This document shows positions 36,228 through 46,060 of a stretch of DNA of 64,000 bases, piece after piece; the stretch's first letter is position 1, and every line of letters starts with the position of its first letter. Source of the DNA: Minisyncoccota bacterium. GTDB taxonomy: Bacteria > Patescibacteriota > Minisyncoccia > Phycocordibacterales > UBA9973. The DNA lies in the NCBI GenBank assembly GCA_041650615.1, contig JBAZKU010000001.1, positions 185,216-249,215 on the forward strand, given 5' to 3'. The notes under the pieces were generated by a model, which had not been told where the DNA came from, did no database searches, and saw nothing but the letters and a program-made list of their open reading frames with translations. The position numbers were made by a program, and so were the translations under genes.

Positions 36228-37058
36228 ATGGGTGACAGGAATTTCAAAGAAATGTTGGAGGCCAAATGGGCTCAAGACAAATTTGTCTGTGTCGGGCTGG
36301 ACAGTGAAATCAGTAAGATTCCCATGTGTTTACAACGCAATATTGGCGGTAATAGGATTACTGCATTTAATCGATTAATCGTGGAAGCGACAAAAGATCT
36401 TGTATGCGCTTATAAACCGAACATAGCTTTTTACGAAGGGCACGGTACTGAGGGCATAGCGGCTTTACATCGAACCGTTGTTGATATCCACGAGATTGCA
36501 CCGGATATTCCGGTCATTCTTGACGCAAAGCGTGCGGATATAGGAAACACCAATAACGGTTATGTACAGATGGCATTTGATTTTTTACAAGTAGATGCAA
36601 TTACTGTCAATCCATACTTGGGGCGGGAAGCATTGCAACCGTTTTTGGACTGTAAGAACAAAGGAATTATTGTTCTTTGTCGTACTTCCAATCCAGGCGC
36701 TGATGAATTTCAGGATTTGCGTATAAGCGGTGAACCACTTTATCGCTATGTTGCCCGTCGTGTCGTAAGTGAATGGAATAAAAATGATAATTGCGCGCTT
36801 GTAGTCGGTGCAACATGGCCTAAAGAACTCAATGAAATTCGTACTCTCGTCGGCGATATGCCAATTCTAATTCCAGGCATCGGCGCACAAGGCGGTGATG
36901 TGCAACAAACCGTTGTCGCAGGTAAAGATAGTCGCGGGCAAGGCATGATTATTAATTCATCCCGCGGTATTATTTTCGCTTCAAAGGGAAGAGATTTTGC
37001 AGAGGCGGCCCACCGTGAGACAGAAAAACTTCACAACCTTATTAACCAGTATCGATAA
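36228..37058 (+). CDS. pyrF: orotidine 5'-phosphate decarboxylase (type 2, long form)
   Basis: VGLD, LDAKRADIGNT, and a C-terminal region typical of about 275-aa OMPdecase. Confidence 0.85.
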   Translation: MGDRNFKEMLEAKWAQDKFVCVGLDSEISKIPMCLQRNIGGNRITAFNRLIVEATKDLVCAYKPNIAFYEGHGTEGIAALHRTVVDIHEIAPDIPVILDAKRADIGNTNNGYVQMAFDFLQVDAITVNPYLGREALQPFLDCKNKGIIVLCRTSNPGADEFQDLRISGEPLYRYVARRVVSEWNKNDNCALVVGATWPKELNEIRTLVGDMPILIPGIGAQGGDVQQTVVAGKDSRGQGMIINSSRGIIFASKGRDFAEAAHRETEKLHNLINQYR

Positions 37059-37071
37059 AAGGAGAAAAAAC

Positions 37072-37102
37072 ACAGCCTCGTTATAATGACGAGGCTTTTT
37101 TA
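37072..37102. terminator. bidirectional intrinsic terminator between pyrF and the convergent YtxH-like gene
   Basis: agcctcg-ttataatga-cgaggct with T/A runs on both sides. Confidence 0.75.
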
Positions 37103-37115
37103 TTACAAATTATTT

Positions 37116-37433
37116 TTAAAGATGTTTCTTTAAGTGTTTCCAGGAAGCGTGCGCTTCCTTGGCTAATTTTTTAAAATCTTCTGCGTCAAATTTTTTATTC
37201 TTTTTATAATCAGCCAGAGCTTTATTAATGAATATTTTATATTCCTTTTCTCCCATTTTTTTGGCATTTTTCAGCTTCGGAGCAACTGTTTTATAAAACT
37301 CTGCCATTTTATTTTTCATTTCTCTCCTTACTTCCTTCCCTGTTTCCGATTCGGCAAAAATCCCTGCCGCTACTCCTAAAGCTGCTCCTATTAATGCCCC
37401 GCTTAAAAACTTTGAACTCTTTTTCTTTGCCAT
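37116..37433 (-). CDS. YtxH-like protein (general stress/DUF948-type)
   Basis: N-terminal FLSGALIGAALGVAAGIF helix, then a lysine-rich helical region. Confidence 0.5.
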   Translation of the reverse strand: MAKKKSSKFLSGALIGAALGVAAGIFAESETGKEVRREMKNKMAEFYKTVAPKLKNAKKMGEKEYKIFINKALADYKKNKKFDAEDFKKLAKEAHASWKHLKKHL

Positions 37434-37438
37434 ATATT

Positions 37439-37648
37439 TTATTTTTTATTACTAAATGAACTAATAATCTTTTTTACATTCCTTTTCATTTTATGATAAG
37501 TCTGACTGATATCGTCAGAAATATTACGAGTATTTCTCAAAATACATATTAGATAATATATTAAAATCACCAACAACACACCAACGACTATTATTACAAG
37601 TGACGATACTATATAGAAAATTGTTTGAGATATTATAAGCGTACTCAT
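37439..37648 (-). CDS. small membrane protein (69 aa)
   Basis: Single long hydrophobic segment; overlaps the ppsA start by 4 nt. Confidence 0.4.
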   Translation of the reverse strand: MSTLIISQTIFYIVSSLVIIVVGVLLVILIYYLICILRNTRNISDDISQTYHKMKRNVKKIISSFSNKK

Positions 37649-40056
37649 TGATTTTTCCCAAGCGCCATTATAATTTTAATAACCGTATCCGGATTAAGCG
37701 ACATACTTTCTATCCCTTCATCTACAAGAAACTGCGCAAATTCCGGATAGTCTGATGGAGCCTGTCCGCAAATGCCGATATATTTCCCTTTCTCTCTGCA
37801 TTTATGAATAATTTCAGCTATAACTTTTTTAACTGCCGGATTATTTTCATTCGCAATGTGAGTAACTATTCCGGAATCGCGGTCCAATCCTAAAGTAAGC
37901 TGGGTTAAGTCATTGGAACCTATAGACATACCGTCAAAAATTTCAAGAAATTCATCACCTAGAATAATATTCGAAGGAATTTCGCACATTACGTAAACTT
38001 TTAAATTTTTATCTTTGGTTCGGTCTAATCCATGCTCTATCATTACTTCTATCACCTGTTTTGCCTCTTCGGGCGTCCTGCAAAACGGAATCATAGGAAC
38101 CACATTGGTAAAACCCATTTCTTCTCGCACTCGTTTTAATGCTTTGCATTCCAAGCCGAAAGCTACTTTGAATTTCGGGTCATAATAACGAGAAGCGCCT
38201 CGCCAGCCCAGCATTGGATTTTCTTCATGGGGTTCGTATAATTCTCCCCCGATAAGTGTGCGATATTCATTGGTTTTAAAATCGGAAAAACGAATAATAA
38301 CCTCGTGCGGATAAAAAGTAGCGGCAATTTTCGCTATTCCTAAAGCAAGGTTATCAACATAATAATCTTCTTTATTTTTATAGAGAGGCGTTAAATTATC
38401 AATTTCTTTAAGCAGTTTTTGGATATAAGAAGTTTTCTTTCCTTTTTTTAATTTTTCATAGTCAATTAGAGCATTCGGATGAAGGCGAATATGCGAGGCA
38501 ATAATAAATTCCAGTCTTCCCAGTCCCACTCCTTGCGCCGGCAAAGAATGATTTTTAAAAGCTTCATCCGGAGAACCGATATTGACCATAATTTTTGTTT
38601 TTACTTTGGGTATTTTATCCAAGCGATGTTCTATTATTTTAAATGGAATGATACCATCATAGACATTGCCGACTTGCCCGGAGGAATCTACGGTTACCCC
38701 TTGACCGTTTTTTAATATTTTTGTTGCATTATTTGATCCCACAATGCAAGGAATACCGAGTTCGCGCGAAACAATAGCGGCATGAGAAGTACGCCCGCCT
38801 TTGTCCGTCACTATAGCCGACGCAATTTTCATAATCGGTTCCCAATCCGGGTCGGTAATTTCTGTCACCAGCACTTCACCTTTTTTAAATTGATTAATAT
38901 TTTTTGCGCTGCGTAAAATACGAACCCCTCCATTGCCAATTTTTGAACCGACTGCAATACCACTTACCAATACTTTGCTTTTTTTCTCCAATTGATATTC
39001 TTTCAATACATTTTTGTCCTCTCCGGAAATAACCGTTTCGGGACGCGCCTGCACGATAAAAAGCTCACCTGTTTTGCCATCTTTCGCCCACTCAATATCC
39101 ATCGGCTGATAGCGATTATGCTTTTTTGAAAAATATTTTTCTATTTCATAGCACCACTTGGCTAGTTTTATGGCTTCTTCATCCGTCAAACAGAATTTTT
39201 GCTGGTCTTGCAAAGAAACACTTTGCTTTTTAGTACCATCTTTCGCGTAAATGAGTTTTATGTTTTTCTTGCCGATGTTTTTGCCAATAATAGGGCTTTT
39301 ATTGTTTTCTAAAGAAGGCTTGAAAATTATAAATTCATCGGGAATAACTTCGCCCTGCACAATAAATTCACCTAAGCCGTAAACACCGTTTATAACCACA
39401 ACTTTATCAAAACCCGTTTCTGTATCAATGGTAAATGCCACCCCCGAAGAAGAAAGGTCGGAACGAACCATACATTGAATCCCGACCGAAAGAGCGGTAT
39501 CAAAATGCGAAAATCCTTTATCTGCCCGATACGAAATTGCCCTATCGGTAAAAAGTGAAGCGATACATTTCTTGGTCGCAATAAGCACATTTTCAATGCC
39601 ATGTATATTCAAATAAGTTTCTTGCTGTCCAGCGAATGAAGCGCCCGGAAGGTCCTCAGCGGTTGCCGATGAACGAACCGCCACATCTCTTCCCTTTCCA
39701 TACTTTTTTTCCAATTCTTCATACGCTTTGGCAATTGCATCCTGAAGGTCTTGCGGTAAAATTGATTTTAAAATTTCTCCCCGAACTTTCTTCCCGCGAA
39801 TTTGAAGATTGCGAATATCTTTCGTATTGAGATCGGAGAGAATTTCTTTTATTTTTTCATCTAAACCCGTTCTCTTAAAAAAATGGCGATAGGCATCCGC
39901 CGTCAAAGCAAAACCATCCGGCACATTTACACCAAGAGGCACTAGATTGGAATACATTTCTCCCAGAGCTGCATTTTTGCCTCCAACCGATGAAACATCG
40001 GTGATTCCCACCTCATTAAACCATTTCACAAAATTTTCTTTTTTTTCTTCTATCAT
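37645..40056 (-). CDS. ppsA: phosphoenolpyruvate synthase / pyruvate, water dikinase
   Basis: ATP-grasp N-domain, phosphohistidine domain GGRTSHAAIVSRELGIPCIVG, and PEP-utilizing C-domain. Confidence 0.9.
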   Translation of the reverse strand: MIEEKKENFVKWFNEVGITDVSSVGGKNAALGEMYSNLVPLGVNVPDGFALTADAYRHFFKRTGLDEKIKEILSDLNTKDIRNLQIRGKKVRGEILKSILPQDLQDAIAKAYEELEKKYGKGRDVAVRSSATAEDLPGASFAGQQETYLNIHGIENVLIATKKCIASLFTDRAISYRADKGFSHFDTALSVGIQCMVRSDLSSSGVAFTIDTETGFDKVVVINGVYGLGEFIVQGEVIPDEFIIFKPSLENNKSPIIGKNIGKKNIKLIYAKDGTKKQSVSLQDQQKFCLTDEEAIKLAKWCYEIEKYFSKKHNRYQPMDIEWAKDGKTGELFIVQARPETVISGEDKNVLKEYQLEKKSKVLVSGIAVGSKIGNGGVRILRSAKNINQFKKGEVLVTEITDPDWEPIMKIASAIVTDKGGRTSHAAIVSRELGIPCIVGSNNATKILKNGQGVTVDSSGQVGNVYDGIIPFKIIEHRLDKIPKVKTKIMVNIGSPDEAFKNHSLPAQGVGLGRLEFIIASHIRLHPNALIDYEKLKKGKKTSYIQKLLKEIDNLTPLYKNKEDYYVDNLALGIAKIAATFYPHEVIIRFSDFKTNEYRTLIGGELYEPHEENPMLGWRGASRYYDPKFKVAFGLECKALKRVREEMGFTNVVPMIPFCRTPEEAKQVIEVMIEHGLDRTKDKNLKVYVMCEIPSNIILGDEFLEIFDGMSIGSNDLTQLTLGLDRDSGIVTHIANENNPAVKKVIAEIIHKCREKGKYIGICGQAPSDYPEFAQFLVDEGIESMSLNPDTVIKIIMALGKNQ

Positions 40057-40076
40057 ATTTGATTATTATAGCATAT

Positions 40077-41324
40077 TTAAAAAAATTTATTTTTTGAAAT
40101 TTTGATTAGTCTATCGTATTTCACCTTCCTTTCCGGTTTTAATGGAGCGCCGGATTTTAAGCCAAAACAGCCAAAAGCGTAGGCGAGATCAGCGATAAAA
40201 TCATCGTCTGTCTCCCCGCTTCGATGAGAAATAATCAGTTCAATCCCGTTTTCTTTAGCCAATTTCATTGTTTCAAGTGTTTCGGAAAGTGTGCCGATTT
40301 GATTTGGTTTTATAATCATGGCATTGATGCTTCCTTTTTCTATCGCTTTTGCTAAAAGATTTCTATTAGTGACAGTTAAATCATCTCCTACTACCAAAAG
40401 ACCTTTCTTCAATCCAAATAAAGTTCTATTACTTTCCTTCAATTTTCTGAAACTTTCAAAATTTTCTTCATCAAAAGGGTCCTCAATGGAAAACAGTTTG
40501 AATTCATCAATCAAAGAGCCATAAATTTTTATTAATTCTTCTTTTAAAATATACTCACCATCAATTTTATATTTTCCATTCTCATAAAAAGATGAAGCGG
40601 CCACATCCAGAGCAAGTTTTACTTTTTTTTCTAAATTATTTTCTTTAATCGCTCTTTTTAAGAATTCCAACGGTTTTTTTATATCATCTATCTTTGGCGC
40701 AAAACCTCCTTCATCTCCCAAAATAATTGATTCCACGCCCAATTCTTCTAAAATTATTTCTTTCAGAGAATTTTGTATTTTGATTCCTATTTCAACCGCT
40801 TTGTCCGCATCGTTAACAATAGGCACAACATGATATTCTTGAAAGGCCAGATTATTATCAGTATGCTTCCCCCCTTCTATTAAATTCATATATAAATAAG
40901 GGATTTTTCTGGAAAATTTTATTTTAGCAAGCGTTCTCAGGTATTCAAAAGTTTCCAGATTAAAAACTTTAGCTGCCACTTTGGCGCAAGCAATACTTAC
41001 ACCAATAATTGCATTTCCACCTAAATTGTCTTTATTGGAAGTCCCATCTAATTTAATCATGATTCCATCAATCACTTCTTGATTCAGCACATTCTGGCCA
41101 ACCAAGGCGGGAGCAATTATATTATTTACTTTCTCTATGGCTCCTTTTATTCCTTTCCCATCCGCATCTCTCAATTCATGCGCTTCGTGAGTACCTGTAC
41201 TTGCCCCCGACGGCACAGCAAAACTACCGTATTTATCGCCAGCCCACATTGTTACTTTAATAGTCGGATTCCCTCGTGAATCTTTTATTTCTTCTGCTAT
41301 AATTTTAGTGATTTTTTTATCCAT
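40077..41324 (-). CDS. eno: enolase
   Basis: Full-length enolase (SGASTGTHEA, IKPNQIGTLSET). Start codon lies within the TSD of the upstream MITE. Confidence 0.95.
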   Translation of the reverse strand: MDKKITKIIAEEIKDSRGNPTIKVTMWAGDKYGSFAVPSGASTGTHEAHELRDADGKGIKGAIEKVNNIIAPALVGQNVLNQEVIDGIMIKLDGTSNKDNLGGNAIIGVSIACAKVAAKVFNLETFEYLRTLAKIKFSRKIPYLYMNLIEGGKHTDNNLAFQEYHVVPIVNDADKAVEIGIKIQNSLKEIILEELGVESIILGDEGGFAPKIDDIKKPLEFLKRAIKENNLEKKVKLALDVAASSFYENGKYKIDGEYILKEELIKIYGSLIDEFKLFSIEDPFDEENFESFRKLKESNRTLFGLKKGLLVVGDDLTVTNRNLLAKAIEKGSINAMIIKPNQIGTLSETLETMKLAKENGIELIISHRSGETDDDFIADLAYAFGCFGLKSGAPLKPERKVKYDRLIKISKNKFF

Positions 41325-41403
41325 CCCGTTAGAAATTTATGCTTAATTATTAATACTCAACTTTAATATCCCGTTTTCAGTATTTGTGTTATTTCTAACG
41401 GGA
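41324..41403. mobile_element. MITE-like element with TIRs tcccgttagaaat/atttctaacggga and a 5-bp TCCAT target-site duplication
   Basis: TIRs at 41324..41336 and 41391..41403. TSD tccat at 41320..41324 and 41404..41408; the left copy contains the eno start codon. Confidence 0.75.
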
Positions 41404-41412
41404 TCCATTTTT

Positions 41413-42687
41413 TTATTTTTTCGTTAAAAGAATCATTAGGTCTGAAACATTTGAACCGGTGGAACCCGTCATAATCAAATCGCCGGATTTCTGGAAAATT
41501 GAATAGGAGTCAAAGCGTTCCAAGTAATCTGAAACATTTAAATCTAATTTATTTATTTTTTTTATGGTATTTTTATCCACTATCGTTCCCGCTGCATTAC
41601 TATTATCCATTCCATCGGAAGCAAATGATATAAAAACAGAATTGTCACCAATCAGTTTCATTTTTATCGCTTTCAATCCCATATGAAGATTTCTTCCCCC
41701 CTTACCCTCATTATTCTTAACTACAATGCGAGGCTCCCCGGCAACCAAGACAACAGAATCACTTTTTTGAGCTGAAAATATTTTTTTAAGCGCTCTTCCT
41801 ACTTCATCATATAAATTGGTTGAGAGAATGTTTATCCCCAGATTAAATTCTTGCGCTTTTTTTGTCATCGCCTCCACGGCGGTTTTATTTGAAACAAGAA
41901 TAAAATTGTGAACATTTTCAAAATATTTATCTTCTTTGGGTGTTTCTATCAACTCAAACTTTCCTAAATTATTTTCTGTAATAATTTTTTCTGCATCAGC
42001 TATAGTGGTATTATCTTTATAGGTCGGTCCGGAAGCGACATTTTCAAAATTATCTCCTGGAATATCTGAAAAAATAAGGCTGATAACCGTAGCTGGATAA
42101 GCGATTTTGGCTAAACCTCCGCCCTTTAAAAGAGATAAATGTTTCCTAACGGTATTTATTTCAGCTATTGTTTTGCCAGATTTTAAAAATGCATCATATA
42201 GCTTAGCACCTTCCACGCATTCATTTTCCGGATAGCAAAGAAGGGCGGAACCGCCGCCAGAAACAATAACAATAACAAGGTCTTCTTCATTTGATTCTTT
42301 TGCCAATTCATATATTTTTTTTCCGGCTTCCATATTCACTTCAGAAGGTCTTGGATGCGTACCGGCAAAAATTTTTATATATTTACTGTCAACTTTATTA
42401 AGGTCAATGACAGCTCCCTCACTTACTCTTCGCCCTAAAATTTTCTCCAGCGCTAAGGCTGCTTCACTGGCGGATTTGCCGAAACCGAGAATTTTTATTT
42501 TTTTATATTTCGCTAAGTTGAACGATTCCCCTTTTATAAATAAAATGTTATCTGCCACAGATATAAAAGATTTTATAACTTTCTCTGTATTTATAGCATT
42601 CAGCCCAGCCTCCATTATTTCCAACGCTATTTCACGATTTGAAGTTGTGGCAAGCTCGTCAAAATTTTTAATGGATCGTTTTTCCAT
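41413..42687 (-). CDS. glycerate kinase (MOFRL family)
   Basis: MOFRL N- and C-domains (VIVSGGGSALL, GKGGRNLHMGL). Confidence 0.75.
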   Translation of the reverse strand: MEKRSIKNFDELATTSNREIALEIMEAGLNAINTEKVIKSFISVADNILFIKGESFNLAKYKKIKILGFGKSASEAALALEKILGRRVSEGAVIDLNKVDSKYIKIFAGTHPRPSEVNMEAGKKIYELAKESNEEDLVIVIVSGGGSALLCYPENECVEGAKLYDAFLKSGKTIAEINTVRKHLSLLKGGGLAKIAYPATVISLIFSDIPGDNFENVASGPTYKDNTTIADAEKIITENNLGKFELIETPKEDKYFENVHNFILVSNKTAVEAMTKKAQEFNLGINILSTNLYDEVGRALKKIFSAQKSDSVVLVAGEPRIVVKNNEGKGGRNLHMGLKAIKMKLIGDNSVFISFASDGMDNSNAAGTIVDKNTIKKINKLDLNVSDYLERFDSYSIFQKSGDLIMTGSTGSNVSDLMILLTKK

Positions 42688-42693
42688 ATTTTT

Positions 42694-43614
42694 CTATAAA
42701 TATTGTTTGATTACCTCAGCCGATTTTTTTAATTTTTCTTTTTCTTCGGCAGTCAATTCAATCGGCCAGGACTTAATGATACCGGCACTTCCGACAACTG
42801 CCGGAATTCCGAGGCAAACACCGCTAATTCCATTCCCCTCATCTAAGCGATGAGAAGCGGGAAGAATCTTGTTTTGATTGAATAATATCGCTTCAACAAT
42901 ATCTGCCACCACCATGGCAATACCATAATAAGTTGCCCCTTTTCTGTTGATTATTTCATAAGCCTCTTTTTTAACCATTTCTTCTATATTATTTCTTTCT
43001 TCTTCTGTAAGCATATCTTTTGCCATTTTTCCTCCGATACTGACGGTGCTCCAGGCGATAAATTCACTATCCCCATGTTCGCCAAGAACAAAACCTTCTA
43101 TCTGATTGCTGTCTGTGTCAAAATGCCGAGCTAAATTTAAATGGAGTCTTGCCGTATCCAAACCCGTCCCAGTACCAAAAACTTGCCCCTTTGGCAAACC
43201 GGAAATTTCTTGAGCCAAATAAGTAATGATATCTACCGGATTGCTTACAACCACTATGACAGTGGACGATTTAATTTGTCCTATCTCTTTAAAAATAGAA
43301 GAAACAATATTTTTATTTTTTGCCACCAAATCCAATCTTGTTTCTCCGGGTTTTTGCGCTACTCCGGCTGTTAAAATTATAATATCCGCATCGGCAGCCT
43401 CTTTTAAACTGCCCACTTTTACGTTTTCTGTTTCTGAAAAAGACAATCCGTCGCCAATATCCAAAACCTCGCCTTTAACTTTTTCACTATTTATATCTAC
43501 CAACGATATTTCAGACCCCAGATTCTTAACCATAAGTGTATAGGCAACAGTTGAACCGACAGCCCCGGCGCCGATAATAGTTATTTTTTGTTTTAAATTG
43601 TTTTTATCATTCAT
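42694..43614 (-). CDS. L-lactate/malate dehydrogenase
   Basis: NAD motif IIGAGAVGST; substrate-binding and catalytic His region (GEHGDS). Confidence 0.85.
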   Translation of the reverse strand: MNDKNNLKQKITIIGAGAVGSTVAYTLMVKNLGSEISLVDINSEKVKGEVLDIGDGLSFSETENVKVGSLKEAADADIIILTAGVAQKPGETRLDLVAKNKNIVSSIFKEIGQIKSSTVIVVVSNPVDIITYLAQEISGLPKGQVFGTGTGLDTARLHLNLARHFDTDSNQIEGFVLGEHGDSEFIAWSTVSIGGKMAKDMLTEEERNNIEEMVKKEAYEIINRKGATYYGIAMVVADIVEAILFNQNKILPASHRLDEGNGISGVCLGIPAVVGSAGIIKSWPIELTAEEKEKLKKSAEVIKQYL

Positions 43615-43634
43615 GTTGTCTATATAATACCATA

Positions 43635-44012
43635 TTATTCAAACAAATTCTTTAAAAAAGAGAAGAAACTTTCCTCGTCAGTCTTTGGCTGTATTGCTGT
43701 AGAATTCTTGTCATCAGTAATCATAATCATATTCTCGCCCTCTTTGGCTACGCCATAATTTTCCCTAATGACTTCCTCTATCCCTTTTTCTGTTTTTAAT
43801 TTATTAATTTCCGAGCTGAGTTCCGTTTTTGATTTCTCTAATTCTATAATCTTATCTTCCACTATTTTTCTATTTTTTATGGTTTCTTTCATTTTACTCA
43901 TAAAACTGAAGGTGCTGAAAATAAAAACAAGTATCACGATACTCAAAAATATCAAAAAAGGTTTAGATTGCACTATATGTTTTAGCCTCTCCTTTTTTTG
44001 AAAATTTCTCAT
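43635..44012 (-). CDS. FtsB/DivIC-like septum formation initiator
   Basis: Bitopic protein with a coiled coil followed by a IEEVIRENYGVAKEGE motif. Confidence 0.5.
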   Translation of the reverse strand: MRNFQKKERLKHIVQSKPFLIFLSIVILVFIFSTFSFMSKMKETIKNRKIVEDKIIELEKSKTELSSEINKLKTEKGIEEVIRENYGVAKEGENMIMITDDKNSTAIQPKTDEESFFSFLKNLFE

Positions 44013-44150
44013 ATATATGATAATATCATTATTATATGTTTTTCAATAAAAAACACCAAAAGAAAATACAGATGATTTGGGCAGTGATTTGCGTATTGAT
44101 TATAATAAGTATGATTTTGCTTTATTCTCCTATTTTCCAATTGAAATAAA

Positions 44151-45992
44151 TTAATTGTTTTCCGTGCGCATCATTTTTAGGAACACGTCTTGCGGGATGT
44201 TTACTCGCCCGCGTTCTTTCATTTTCTTTTTACCTTTCTTTTGTTTTTCGCGAAGTTTCATTTTGCGAGTGATATCTCCTCCATACATATGCTGAGTAAC
44301 GTCTTTTTTCATACCGGAAAGAGTGCGAGAAGAAATAATCCGCCCTAAAGCTTTGCCTTGGATTTTCAAAGTAAACATTTGCCGAGGTAAGATACTTTCT
44401 AATTTAATAACTGCTTTTTCTGCTTCCTCCCCTGCTCTCTTTTTAGCGATAACTCTGGAAAAAGCCGGTATAACTTCATTGGCCACCAGAAGATCAAGCC
44501 GAGTGACATTTGCCTCGCGCATGTCATCCATTTCATAAGAGATAGACCCATAACCGGATGAAACACTTTTTAATTCATCAAAAAAATTGCGCATAAGCTC
44601 GCGCAACGGCATCTTGACGGAAATGGACGAGCGATTATTTCCAAAATTATCTGTTTCGCCTATCTCCGCTTCGTGATCAAAAAGAAGTTGCATAATATTA
44701 CCGAGATATTTTACCGGGGTGATTATTTTTAATTTTACCCATGGTTCCATTACGGTTTCTATCTCTCCATCATCTGGAAAGTGATATGGAGAATAGACTT
44801 TTTCTTTTTTGCCTTTTTTTGTCGTGACTTCGTAAGTGATAGAAGGCGTAGTTATGACCAATTTTAAATTAAATTCTCGTTTCAATCTCTCCGTAATAAT
44901 TTCCAAATGAAGCATTCCCAAGAAACCACACCTGAAACCGCGTCCGAGAGACCCGCTTGATTCTTCTTCATAAGAAAAAGAAGAGTCAGAAAGTTTTAAT
45001 TTTCCCAAAGCCAGTTTGAGTTCTGAAAAATCGTCCGCATTTTCTGGAAAAACAGATGCCCAAACAACAGGCATAGGCTGCATATACCCCGGCAGCGCAG
45101 GCAACGGATTTTTTTCTTTGGTAATAGTATCTCCGACAGAAGCTATTCCGGGTCTTTTTATGCCCGTAACAATATAGCCTGTATCCCCCGCTGAAAGAAA
45201 ATCGCGCAGAGTTTCTTCCGGCGAAAAAGTGCCAACTTCCAAAGAATTGAATTTTTCGCCCGAGACTGAAAAAATCAAACTTTCTCCTTTTCTGACTGTG
45301 CCGTCCAATAATCTGATAAAAATTATCACTCCTCTATGATTTGAATATTTAAAATCAAAAACAAGCGCGCGTAAAATGTTGTCCCTCGACGAGTTCGCCT
45401 CGCTTCCGCTAAGGTGAAGCGGGTAACTTTCCCTGGGAGATGGAATACGTTTTACAATTTCATTTAAAAGATTTTCCACTCCCTCGCCTGTGCGTCCGGA
45501 AACTAGAAGTATCTCATTAGGATTGCAACCTAGAAGGTCTATGACCTCTTTTTTTACCTCTTCTACCCGAGCCAATGGCGAATCAATTTTAGAGAGCACT
45601 GGGATGATTTTAAGGCCTCCCTCGCGCGCCATATTAAGCGTAGTAAGGGTTTGAGCCTGCACACCCTGTGTTGCATCAACCAGTAAAATAGAGCCTTCTA
45701 CGGCCTTTAAAGCGCGAGAAACTTCGTAAGAAAAATCTATATGCCCAGGGGTATCTATAAGGTTTAAAACGAAGGATGGTCCTTCGTTTTTAGGTGTATA
45801 TTCCATTCTGACAGGTTGCATTTTAATAGTAATCCCGCGTTCGCGTTCAAGTTCCATAGTATCAAGAACTTGGTCCCGCATTTTACGTTCAGGAATGGTA
45901 TGCGTAATTTCCAACATCCTGTCCGCCAAAGTGCTTTTTCCATGATCTATGTGCGCTATAATACTAAAATTTCTGATATGCCTTAAATCCAT
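44151..45992 (-). CDS. lepA: elongation factor 4 (LepA)
   Basis: IRNFSIIAHIDHGKSTL G-domain and LepA-specific C-terminal domain. Confidence 0.95.
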   Translation of the reverse strand: MDLRHIRNFSIIAHIDHGKSTLADRMLEITHTIPERKMRDQVLDTMELERERGITIKMQPVRMEYTPKNEGPSFVLNLIDTPGHIDFSYEVSRALKAVEGSILLVDATQGVQAQTLTTLNMAREGGLKIIPVLSKIDSPLARVEEVKKEVIDLLGCNPNEILLVSGRTGEGVENLLNEIVKRIPSPRESYPLHLSGSEANSSRDNILRALVFDFKYSNHRGVIIFIRLLDGTVRKGESLIFSVSGEKFNSLEVGTFSPEETLRDFLSAGDTGYIVTGIKRPGIASVGDTITKEKNPLPALPGYMQPMPVVWASVFPENADDFSELKLALGKLKLSDSSFSYEEESSGSLGRGFRCGFLGMLHLEIITERLKREFNLKLVITTPSITYEVTTKKGKKEKVYSPYHFPDDGEIETVMEPWVKLKIITPVKYLGNIMQLLFDHEAEIGETDNFGNNRSSISVKMPLRELMRNFFDELKSVSSGYGSISYEMDDMREANVTRLDLLVANEVIPAFSRVIAKKRAGEEAEKAVIKLESILPRQMFTLKIQGKALGRIISSRTLSGMKKDVTQHMYGGDITRKMKLREKQKKGKKKMKERGRVNIPQDVFLKMMRTENN

Positions 45993-46026
45993 ATTTCAAA
46001 TATAACAGAACTCTCTTCCCCACACC

Positions 46027-46060
46027 AGTGGGGGTTGTTAAAGTTCCTCCTGAGGAGCAA
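46027..46060. repeat. paired hairpins ccccacaccagtggggg and ctcctgaggag covering the murJ stop and C-terminal codons
   Basis: GC-rich palindromes in an AT-rich context. The second encodes the murJ C-terminal APQEEL. Confidence 0.5.

Noticed and set aside
41404-41408. Upstream in-frame ATG (within the right TSD copy) as an alternative eno start
   Set aside because: The frame hits TAA after 21 codons before reaching the eno CDS, so it cannot extend enolase.
44037-44150. About 37-aa plus-strand ORF (MFFNKKHQKKIQMIWAVICVLIIISMILLYSPIFQLK) between two minus-strand genes
   Set aside because: No SD or promoter, and it lies in the lepA upstream region. Probably an AT-rich chance ORF.
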